From: a virus
Taxonomy: Duplodnaviria > Caudoviricetes
Strand: one strand, 5' to 3'
Virus record (IMG/VR): IMGVR_UViG_3300042342_001925
Location: 1 to 24,215 of that record
Length of the DNA stretch: 24,215 nt
Shown here: positions 1-6,566 of the stretch, piece after piece
Numbering within the stretch: position 1 is the stretch's first letter
Layout of the letters: every line of letters begins with the position of its first letter
The notes under the pieces: generated by a model
What the model saw: only the letters and a program-made list of their open reading frames with translations
Told to the model about the DNA's origin: nothing
Database searches by the model: none
Translations under genes and position numbers: made by a program

Positions 1-1
1 A

Positions 2-160
2 GATGGACGACCCGTAGAGCCCGACGTTGATGGACTATGGGAGGGCTCGCTGTACGTCTGTGCAGGTTGCTTCTCTATCTACAACATCTACACATTCGAA
101 GAAGTGGGCAAGGCTTCAGACATCGCAATTCAGATGCTCAACGTTGGGGTTGCTCGATGA
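2..160 (+). CDS. 3' end of hypothetical protein (partial, begins before window)
   Basis: Frame 2 is open from the window start (DGRPVEPDVDGLWEGSLYVCAGCFSIY...GVAR*). Its TGA at 158-160 overlaps the next ATG (ATGA). Confidence 0.65.
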   Translation, partial: DGRPVEPDVDGLWEGSLYVCAGCFSIYNIYTFEEVGKASDIAIQMLNVGVAR

Positions 161-396
161 CAACCAACAGTGAGTTACTTGACATCTCTGAGATTCTGTA
201 CGACAACTACTACACGTTGGGCGTCACTGGAGCAGATGCGATTGTGAACATCTACGACGAGATTGACGCTGGCTATTTTGCTGACCAGATAGTGGAGTGG
301 GGAATTGACATCCATGAACTATTTACCGCAATTGCCATGATGCGCAAGCGTCTAGTGCACGAGAAGAAATTATTGGTCACGAGGTACCCAACTTAA
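157..396 (+). CDS. hypothetical acidic protein (79 aa)
   Basis: Part of track ORF 37..396. The ATG at 157 is coupled to the upstream stop, so it is preferred over 37. Confidence 0.7.
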   Translation: MTTNSELLDISEILYDNYYTLGVTGADAIVNIYDEIDAGYFADQIVEWGIDIHELFTAIAMMRKRLVHEKKLLVTRYPT

Positions 397-525
397 GAAT
401 TGGATTTCTGAGCCCCGCCCGCCCTGAACACATGCGCGACCCGGGGCTCGCAGCTGCCCTGCTCCGCTCGCACGTCCTGGCCACCAGGCAGGCCGACACA
501 AGAAGGGGAGTCCCATCTTTCACGA

Positions 526-538
526 CGGTGGTGGAAGA
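526..538 (+). repeat. dispersed 13-bp motif copy 1 (CGGTGGTGGAAGA)
   Basis: Exact copy, intergenic. Shares the 17-mer GACGGTGGTGGAAGAGG with 5911-5927. Confidence 0.85.
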
Positions 539-560
539 GGGTAGGGTTATTTGTGTTGAC

Positions 561-569
561 TGGTAGGAT
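561..569 (+). promoter_or_regulatory. extended -10 promoter (TGgTAGGAT)
   Basis: TGn-TANNNT upstream of SD GAAAGGG (584-590) and ATG 597. An alternative TTCACG-N17-TAGGGT lies at 519-547. Confidence 0.45.
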
Positions 570-596
570 GGTACTTTACTAACGAAAGGGAAATCC

Positions 597-764
597 ATGA
601 ATGAATGTTTTACGTGTCAAGTTAAATTAGACAAAGATTGGAACCTTGCACCAATAGGGACTAGCCCTGATGGGAAGATGCGCATTTATGAAGATGACGT
701 TTCACTCTGCGACGATTGCTATGACACATGGTGCACAAAATACAATATTCAACCAATGGATTAA
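597..764 (+). CDS. small Zn-ribbon-like protein (55 aa), not in ORF track
   Basis: MNECFTCQ...LCDDCYDTWCTKYNIQPMD* has two CxxC pairs and a strong SD (GAAAGGG). Its stop runs into the SD of the next gene. Confidence 0.75.
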   Translation: MNECFTCQVKLDKDWNLAPIGTSPDGKMRIYEDDVSLCDDCYDTWCTKYNIQPMD

Positions 765-774
765 GGAATAAATT

Positions 775-1281
775 ATGCCTATCGCAACACTCACAAATGA
801 GACTCTACAAATTGAGATAAAAGATAAATGGGAAAATGCGTCAAAGCTTTATGGCAGTACGTTTTCAATTCCAACAGAAGAAAAGTTTTCCTTGAACGAA
901 TATGAACGAGCAATGCATATTTTGTTAGTTTGGAAAAGAGAGGGACAAAAAGGAAACCCCACTCGCATGATGCGCACCTATGGGGTGAACGAATCTTCGG
1001 TGGCGGAAGTGATAAATAATTGGTGTGACATGAGCATCACAGAAGAAGATATTGCTGAAATAAAAACTGAGAAGCGCGCAGATAAATATGATTCATTTAT
1101 TGACTGGACTAAAGACAAAATATTTGAGCAATACACAACAGAAGCGCTAGTTGAAGTTGCTGGATTCTCCTACCCAACTGTTCTCAAGTTCCTTCAGGAC
1201 TCACCTAACTTCAAGAAACTCAAGAAGGGTCTGTGGGAAATTCGAGACGCCAAAGCAGACCGAGAGGCCGACAAGAAATAG
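775..1281 (+). CDS. hypothetical protein, possible C-terminal winged-helix DNA-binding domain
   Basis: SD TAAGGA. The C-terminus YTTEALVEVAGFSYPTVLKFL...FKKLKKGLWEI resembles an HTH plus wing. Confidence 0.7.
   Translation: MPIATLTNETLQIEIKDKWENASKLYGSTFSIPTEEKFSLNEYERAMHILLVWKREGQKGNPTRMMRTYGVNESSVAEVINNWCDMSITEEDIAEIKTEKRADKYDSFIDWTKDKIFEQYTTEALVEVAGFSYPTVLKFLQDSPNFKKLKKGLWEIRDAKADREADKK
998..1010 (+). repeat. dispersed 13-bp motif copy 2 (CGGTGGCGGAAGT)
   Basis: 11/13 match to the major form, inside CDS 775..1281. Confidence 0.6.
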
Positions 1282-1302
1282 TGTAGGTTTATTTGTGCAG
1301 GT

Positions 1303-1311
1303 TGATATAGT
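1303..1311 (+). promoter_or_regulatory. extended -10 promoter (TGaTATAGT) for the AAA/VWA pair
   Basis: TGn-TATAGT in the 75-bp intergenic gap; SD GAAAGGGG at 1340-1347. Confidence 0.5.
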
Positions 1312-1356
1312 GACAATGTAATAATTACTAATCGCTCTTGAAAGGGGCAACAACAA

Positions 1357-2082
1357 ATGGAAACTACTACCGCTATTAAATTACCTGATTGCTGGCAAGC
1401 TTTTGAAGATTGCTTGAATGCAGGCATCGACCGAATCATCTTGTTTGGACCATCAGGTATTGGCAAGACGTTCGCAGGATTAAATATGGGCAACGTCTCG
1501 GGAGGCGCACATCGTCTCGTATGTACTGAGGACATGACCAATGCCGACGTTACTGGAGCATTCATGCCTAATGAGCGTGGAACATTTACATGGAACTACG
1601 GTTCTGCTGTAAAGGCTTGGGAGGGCAATGGCATTACTGGTGGTCGCCTCATCGTTGACGAAGTAGACAAAGCCAGTGGAGACGTTTTCGCAACGCTCCT
1701 CTCAATGCTTGACTCTCCCGAATCAGCAACATGGGAAAATCCTGAGAACGGTCGTATTCATCGTCCAAAAGATGGATTCTCCGCAGTCATGACTACCAAC
1801 ATTGAGAACATGGAAGAACTGCCAACAGCATTGGCAGACCGATTCCCAATTCGCATCCGCATCAACACTCCTCACCCCAACGCTCTGCTGGCGCTGTCTC
1901 CTGACTTGCGCAAGTATGCAGTACGTATGGCTGACGCTGGCGAACGTCGTATCTCATTGCGAGCATTCATGGCTTTTGACAAACTGCGTACAGCGTACGG
2001 AGACGAGAAAGCATCTGTCCTTACTTTTGGAAATCGTTCAGAATCTATCCTTGACGCAATTGCTGTAGACAAGGTGGCTTAA
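1357..2082 (+). CDS. MoxR/CbbQ/CobS-like AAA+ ATPase (AAA_5 type)
   Basis: Walker A GPSGIGKT, Walker B LIVDEVDK, sensor-1 MTTN, arginine finger ALADRF, sensor-2 ISLR; adjacent VWA gene. Confidence 0.92.
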   Translation: METTTAIKLPDCWQAFEDCLNAGIDRIILFGPSGIGKTFAGLNMGNVSGGAHRLVCTEDMTNADVTGAFMPNERGTFTWNYGSAVKAWEGNGITGGRLIVDEVDKASGDVFATLLSMLDSPESATWENPENGRIHRPKDGFSAVMTTNIENMEELPTALADRFPIRIRINTPHPNALLALSPDLRKYAVRMADAGERRISLRAFMAFDKLRTAYGDEKASVLTFGNRSESILDAIAVDKVA

Positions 2083-2083
2083 C

Positions 2084-3583
2084 GTGAAAACATTTTCAAC
2101 TGAGCCTGAAATGCTTGGTCGGAAAGATGTTCCTCATGGGCGATGGGTTGTAGACAACTGCAACCCTCGTCGTGGGGAGCCTTCCACCAACATCGTAGAC
2201 CGAGAAATGAAAGCACCAAATCACGACACTGAACTCGCAAGAGTAATCAGGGCGCACGAAATGATGCATGCAAAAGTATCTCCTGCTGAGTCGATGATTG
2301 ACTGGATAAATCGCAAAATCGCTACTCAGGAATCACTGGTTGTAGCAGAAGAATTGCGTGTTAACTATCTGTGTCAAAAGGCTGGCTTCAACGTCAAGGC
2401 CAATTTGGTTGACGGTGGAGAAATGGCAGACGGGGAAAGAATCGCCGCTACTAACGACTGGAAGAGCGCTGTCCACATGGCTATCGCAACTGCTGGAACT
2501 GCTTCTAACAAAGCTTTTCTTACTGGAGTGCGTCGCCACAATAAGAAGTGGGCAGAAATACTTGCTGACATTAGTAAGCGAGCAGTCAAAGAATTAAAAA
2601 AAGTTGACAAGTATGGCAACCTCGGTGCTACCGATGTTGATTCACGAACAGGCTTGCACCCTAGGGGATTCTCCAATACTGAGCGAATCGCAGAATGGGT
2701 TGACAGGCTTGCCTCAATTACTCCCGAACAAGAAGAGGAAGCAGAAAAAGCAGAAAGCGCTTCATCTTCCAGTACTGGTGAATCATCAGAAGAGCAACCT
2801 CAGGAAAAGAGGGGGCGTGGGCGCCCTCGCAAAGCAGGTGGTCACTCAAATGTTGGAACAAGTGGCGCTGGTAGCGCAACTGGAAACCCATACAAGGGCA
2901 TTACTCCTAGCAGTGGTCACTACGGAACCATAGGTTCATGGGGAGAACTGCGAATCAAGCGTTGCGAGATGCCAAAGCACACCAAGGGCAACATTGGCAA
3001 AAAGCGTACTGCGTCAAATATGGGTCGCTCGCCACGTCGTATTCACCGACTCCTCACCGACCCTGAGAAGAGAATCTTTGACAAGGTCACAAGAGGAACT
3101 GGTGGCGTCGTCGTCATTGACGGTTCAGGCTCCATGTCTTTCACTCACGACCAAATACGTCGTATTGTTGAGAACGCACCAGGAGCAACTGTGGCTGTCT
3201 ACACCGACAAGGGTGACTCAAAGACAAATATGTGGATTGTCGCAGACAAGGGCAAGATGGTTAGTGAACTTCCTGACTTTGGTCAAGGTAACGGTGTTGA
3301 CTTTCCTGCTCTTGAATGGGCAGTGAAGAATCGTCAACGCTCATCTTCCCCGATTGTTTGGGTGACAGATGGTGGCGTCTGTCCTGAAAATGGTTCTTAC
3401 AACAGCGTCCTTGCGATGCAGTGCTTGAACTTTTGCAGGAAACACAACATCATCATTCTTCCCTATGTTGAAGAGGCTGTCGCTGAACTCAAGAAAATGA
3501 AGAATGGCAACAAGGGTAAGTCACAATACCCACCACTAATACGTGATGCATACAAGGAGTTAATGGGGACACCTTTGGTGTAG
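2084..3583 (+). CDS. VWA-domain MoxR partner with N-terminal HExxH motif and central AT-hook
   Basis: HEMMH (2255-2269), acidic/Ser linker, KRGRGRPRK (2807-2833), MIDAS DGSGS (3119-3133), VWVTDG; GTG start 1 nt after the AAA stop. Confidence 0.85.
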   Translation: MKTFSTEPEMLGRKDVPHGRWVVDNCNPRRGEPSTNIVDREMKAPNHDTELARVIRAHEMMHAKVSPAESMIDWINRKIATQESLVVAEELRVNYLCQKAGFNVKANLVDGGEMADGERIAATNDWKSAVHMAIATAGTASNKAFLTGVRRHNKKWAEILADISKRAVKELKKVDKYGNLGATDVDSRTGLHPRGFSNTERIAEWVDRLASITPEQEEEAEKAESASSSSTGESSEEQPQEKRGRGRPRKAGGHSNVGTSGAGSATGNPYKGITPSSGHYGTIGSWGELRIKRCEMPKHTKGNIGKKRTASNMGRSPRRIHRLLTDPEKRIFDKVTRGTGGVVVIDGSGSMSFTHDQIRRIVENAPGATVAVYTDKGDSKTNMWIVADKGKMVSELPDFGQGNGVDFPALEWAVKNRQRSSSPIVWVTDGGVCPENGSYNSVLAMQCLNFCRKHNIIILPYVEEAVAELKKMKNGNKGKSQYPPLIRDAYKELMGTPLV

Positions 3584-3589
3584 AGTTAC

Positions 3590-3735
3590 GGTGTTCGCCT
3601 CGCTCATCTCAAATTCCCCCCTTTCGTGGATGAGCGAGGAACACCAGTAGACTCGCTAGTGGCCTCGTATCCGCTAGCGCTCTACCGGTGGATTCGCCGG
3701 CGTCACTATGGAGTTAGGACGCCGGCGAATTTTTC
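3590..3735 (+). ncRNA. candidate structured small RNA or 3' UTR element: three hairpins, the first with a C-rich loop
   Basis: Stem 3590-3608/3629-3645 with loop TCAAATTCCCCCCTTTCGTG; stem 3647-3662/3671-3685 with a U-G pair favouring the + strand; terminator 3692-3735; GGTG-TAGAGT -10 at 3577-3586. Confidence 0.6.
3692..3735 (+). terminator. intrinsic terminator
   Basis: Perfect 13-bp stem ATTCGCCGGCGTC (3692-3704) / GACGCCGGCGAAT (3718-3730) followed by TTTTCTATT. Confidence 0.8.
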
Positions 3736-3761
3736 TATTACGTCTACTGAAAAGGAATCAA

Positions 3762-3917
3762 ATGTCTCGAAAAGGTAAGGCCAAGACATTCAAGCTTGTC
3801 CCAGTGGAGGACAGGGAGAAGCATGAGTCTCGCATCGACTCAATGCGAGGGCACCCCACTTCACACAAACCCAGGCCGACACTGCGCCTGGCGAGCCCTA
3901 GCGCGCAGAGCGATTAA
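3762..3917 (+). CDS. small basic hypothetical protein (51 aa)
   Basis: SD AAAGGA precedes ATG 3762. The track start at 3708 lies inside the terminator. Confidence 0.6.
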   Translation: MSRKGKAKTFKLVPVEDREKHESRIDSMRGHPTSHKPRPTLRLASPSAQSD

Positions 3918-4218
3918 AGGCGCGCTCGACCATCCAGGCCGCGCGTGCAAAAATAATTATTTTTAGCGCGTCCCAGTAACCGAGAGAACCGCTTGTAATC
4001 GAGCGGTGGTGGAAGACATCGATTATCAACATGAGGAAAGCTGCTGTGATGGCAGAAATTAAAATAGTAATTATTACGCCGGCCACAAACGCTCCAGCTT
4101 TTTCAGCTCCAGCTGCGCGCTTTTCTTCCTTAAATTTCTTTTCTAAAATATCGAGCTCCGACGAGAAAGGGTCATAACTATTATTACTTATCGAGTTCTT
4201 GGGAATTTTCTTAGACAT
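3898..4218 (-). CDS. hypothetical membrane protein
   Basis: Hydrophobic AFVAGVIITILISAITAAFLMLII and a second segment; overlaps the upstream minus-strand gene by 8 nt. Confidence 0.75.
   Translation of the reverse strand: MSKKIPKNSISNNSYDPFSSELDILEKKFKEEKRAAGAEKAGAFVAGVIITILISAITAAFLMLIIDVFHHRSITSGSLGYWDALKIIIFARAAWMVERAFNRSAR
4004..4016 (+). repeat. dispersed 13-bp motif copy 3 (CGGTGGTGGAAGA)
   Basis: Exact copy lying antisense within a minus-strand CDS. Confidence 0.8.
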
Positions 4219-4582
4219 TTTTTTCCTTTACAATCTGGTGTATTCTCTGGCGACTTAATTCGAACTCATCAGCTATTTGACGAAGAGAATGTCCGGCCGC
4301 GCGCATCTTTAAAATATTACTATTTCTATTTTTATCAGTTGTTGGGCCCGGCTTCAAGGGACCCCATGTCCAACCTGGAATACTTTCAAGCTCCAGAGCT
4401 CTGCTGCTAGAAATTTGATTTTTCTTTTTTCTTTGCCTGGCGTACCCGACCCAGGCTCCCAGAAATATTTCTTTTCCATTAATTACCTCAACATGAACTG
4501 CAGGAATAAGGCAATGACCTTCTCTTTTAGAAAATTCTATAATCGCATCCTTGTACATATCAAACCTAGAGCTATTGTCCAT
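4211..4582 (-). CDS. helicase-associated (HA) domain fused to a sigma70 region-4-like HTH
   Basis: F..REGH..IP...LG.WV...R...LE.IPGW.W is the HA-domain pattern. SLRQIADEFELSRQRIHQI is a region-4-type HTH. TATTAT lies 7 nt before the ATG. Confidence 0.8.
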   Translation of the reverse strand: MDNSSRFDMYKDAIIEFSKREGHCLIPAVHVEVINGKEIFLGAWVGYARQRKKKNQISSSRALELESIPGWTWGPLKPGPTTDKNRNSNILKMRAAGHSLRQIADEFELSRQRIHQIVKEKNV

Positions 4583-4639
4583 AGTCGAGATAATAATTCA
4601 TTTTGTCATAATTACCAGAAACTAAGAAATATTAATTTT

Positions 4640-5161
4640 ATGCGGGAGGACAAATTCCCACTCGAGGTTGTTAAATTTCCGACTCGTGCTAAAATAACAA
4701 AAGTTGCTGCCCCCAGAGAGAATGGCGGAAAGAGAGAACCCGTGCTATTTAATGACGACAACAAAGGCGACATCGCCGAGAACATGATTAGCGCCATGGA
4801 AAAGGTCTACGACAAAAATCCAGCCTTAGCCAGGAGCCTGTCCGAGGAGCTGAAGTCTGTCACTGATAATACAGAAAACATTCTAATGGTAGGAACCGAC
4901 GGCGAATACGCGGTAACCATAATTTGGGTGCCCAATAGCGTGCTGGGCAAAGGCGAGACAATGATGCTGCTGCCATCTGCCGACAAGATATCTATCCTGG
5001 CAGCTGTTTCGGTAGATTATATTGAAAAACAAAATTTATTGTGCAAAACACTCGAAGACGCCGGCCTCGAAGAGCTCGCGGACGAGATGTGGGAGCGGTT
5101 GATGAACAACCTCCTGACAAAAGCTGTTGCGATGCATGAAGCAGACCCGCAGCTGATATAA
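4640..5161 (+). CDS. hypothetical protein (173 aa)
   Basis: Part of track ORF 4415..5161. ATG 4640 avoids overlap with the divergent gene. Confidence 0.7.
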   Translation: MREDKFPLEVVKFPTRAKITKVAAPRENGGKREPVLFNDDNKGDIAENMISAMEKVYDKNPALARSLSEELKSVTDNTENILMVGTDGEYAVTIIWVPNSVLGKGETMMLLPSADKISILAAVSVDYIEKQNLLCKTLEDAGLEELADEMWERLMNNLLTKAVAMHEADPQLI

Positions 5162-5177
5162 CGTACAGACACATTCA

Positions 5178-5190
5178 CGGTGGCGGAAGA
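5178..5190 (+). repeat. dispersed 13-bp motif copy 4 (CGGTGGCGGAAGA)
   Basis: 12/13 match, intergenic. Part of hairpin GGCGG-AAGAC-CCGCC, followed by an AT-rich direct repeat. Confidence 0.75.
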
Positions 5191-5253
5191 CCCGCCGGCG
5201 TTTAATTTAATTAACTATTTTATTTAATTAACAGGCCGCGGCCAGGAGGAATA

Positions 5254-5622
5254 ATGAAAAAGTACCTAATCCTAATTGCAGGTGTTATCGCAACAATCTT
5301 TGGAATCGGAACACTCATTTGGTGGGCCACTGACGTTTTCGCGCTTTTTTCAACAAACCAGTACACCGGACGCATGCGTTCATTTGATGTGGAATATTGG
5401 AATGCCATCGCGGGAGCAACAATTGTTGTTATAGGCAGCGGAATAATTAAAGGAATAAATGTTTTTATTACGCACCGAGCTCTCGACTCATGGAAAGAAG
5501 AGACTGAAGACATCCTGAGCGACGACTTGACCAGAAAAGTATTCGAGCAGCTCAAAGAGCAGCAAAATACAAAGACATCAGGCGCCGGCCACAAACATAT
5601 ATTTCCAGTTGATTTTGATTAA
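5254..5622 (+). CDS. hypothetical membrane protein (2 TM)
   Basis: SD GGAGGA; two hydrophobic segments. Confidence 0.8.
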   Translation: MKKYLILIAGVIATIFGIGTLIWWATDVFALFSTNQYTGRMRSFDVEYWNAIAGATIVVIGSGIIKGINVFITHRALDSWKEETEDILSDDLTRKVFEQLKEQQNTKTSGAGHKHIFPVDFD

Positions 5623-5699
5623 TCATTCTCCGGCAAGAAGAACGACGAAAAAAATCATTTTTTAATTATTATTTATCGACCCGCGGGATGGACCCGGGT

Positions 5700-5805
5700 A
5701 AATAAAAATCCCGGGGAGCTCAAAGCGCGCCACCTACAAAACGCGCCCAAGCTCTAACCCGGGATTTTACCTGTAAGGGGAAAGGGGTACCCTTATAGGC
5801 AATAT
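5700..5805 (-). ncRNA. candidate small RNA: C-rich-loop hairpin plus long terminator hairpin
   Basis: Minus-strand stem 5799-5790/5779-5770 with loop UACCCCUUUC; long stem 5768-5742/5729-5705 ending in UUUUUAUUU; promoter at 5839-5812; no ORF found. Confidence 0.55.
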
Positions 5806-5811
5806 AAAAGT

Positions 5812-5839
5812 ACCATAGCCCCGCGCCACGACGACGCAA
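5812..5839 (-). promoter_or_regulatory. leftward sigma-70-type promoter TTGCGT-N16-TATGGT
   Basis: Points into the hairpin cluster at 5700-5800. Confidence 0.5.
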
Positions 5840-5908
5840 CTCCGGATAGATTTATATAGATACCTCCATCAGCTGCGAGAAAAAAAATAAAAAAACTTCT
5901 CTTGTAGG

Positions 5909-5937
5909 TTGACGGTGGTGGAAGAGGCTGCTATGGT
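5909..5937 (+). promoter_or_regulatory. rightward promoter TTGACG-N17-TATGGT overlapped by 13-bp motif copy 5 (5913-5925)
   Basis: Near-consensus -35/-10 with an upstream A-tract (5880-5895, UP-element-like). The exact motif spans the end of the -35 and the spacer. Confidence 0.7.
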
Positions 5938-6163
5938 GACGTCACAACTTAGTGGGCCCAACAAACACTTAGTTCCTACGACCGAGAAATCCTTAGGTCT
6001 AGTTTGGGCTGCTCCTTTTCCGAGTTCTATCGCAAAAGGTTCCCCCAGACCCCCTCCCAAGGGGGGTATTCAGAAAGACTATCTTCTGTCTTATTTATTC
6101 TCGTTACCTATCCAATAATACTTCTGTTGCTTTTTCATTCAGATGAATGTAGTATCAGTATTT

Positions 6164-6529
6164 ATGGGAAGAGGAAAAAGTATTTCAAGCAACGAGAAAA
6201 TAGAGAACTCAAAAAAAGTTCCGGAAGAACAAATAATTGAAGTATTCGATTTTTGGGTTCAGACCTTTAAGAAGAGAGTCTGCGCGCTAGACAAAAAGAG
6301 ATACATAGCTATAGGTAACGCTATTCACTTTTTCGGTGTAGATAACTGCAAAGACGCAATTATTGGTTGTACCCACTCAGACTTTCACATGGGCCGCAAC
6401 GCATCTCAAAAGGTGTATAACGAAATCGAGCTCATCTTGAGAGATGCTGAACACGTAGAAAGATTTCTCGGTTTCCTACCCGATGGTAATTCTACGGTGG
6501 TGGAAGAGCGCAACAAAGAACCATTCTGA
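6164..6529 (+). CDS. phage replication initiator / replisome-organizer C-terminal-like domain protein
   Basis: Pattern EVFDFW...L..KR...I...G......AI......FHMGRN...YNEIELILRD.E.VERFL, with a helicase loader/inhibitor directly downstream. Start is 6164 (TAGTAT 8 nt upstream) or 6143. Confidence 0.65.
   Translation: MGRGKSISSNEKIENSKKVPEEQIIEVFDFWVQTFKKRVCALDKKRYIAIGNAIHFFGVDNCKDAIIGCTHSDFHMGRNASQKVYNEIELILRDAEHVERFLGFLPDGNSTVVEERNKEPF
6495..6507 (+). repeat. dispersed 13-bp motif copy 6 (CGGTGGTGGAAGA)
   Basis: Exact copy at the 3' end of the initiator-like CDS. Confidence 0.8.
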
Positions 6530-6566
6530 TTCAGATAAATCTATATGAAAGAGCCGGCGCGAAACT

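Noticed and set aside
2181-2189. Partial reverse-strand matches to the 13-mer (CTTCCACCA here and near 20806)
   Set aside because: Only 9 nt, in coding sequence, and expected by chance.
1194-3326. Alternative-frame and antisense ORFs over the AAA and VWA genes
   Set aside because: Shadows of well-supported genes, with no motifs or RBS.
1357-3583. Naming the pair cobS/cobT (cobalamin synthesis)
   Set aside because: No cobN or other cobalamin genes are present. A generic MoxR-VWA call is all the sequence supports.
3590-3735. Assignment as tRNA or as canonical 6C RNA
   Set aside because: There is no cloverleaf or T-loop, and only one C-rich loop, whereas 6C RNA has two. Kept as an unnamed candidate.
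4415-4639. Long N-terminal extension of ORF 4415..5161 (similarly the 37, 3708, 12242, 11992 and 16852 starts)
   Set aside because: These overlap neighbouring genes or regulatory elements; downstream starts have SD, coupling or promoter support, or avoid the overlap.
5869-6240. Track ORFs 5869..6060, 5909..6118 and 6004..6240
   Set aside because: They have no SD and overlap a strong promoter and hairpins. The 5909 start codon is part of the -35 box itself.
526-6507. 13-mer copies as a CRISPR array or as a repeated TVVEE peptide
   Set aside because: The copies are too short and irregularly spaced (about 0.5-3 kb), with no cas genes. They occur in non-coding and antisense contexts.
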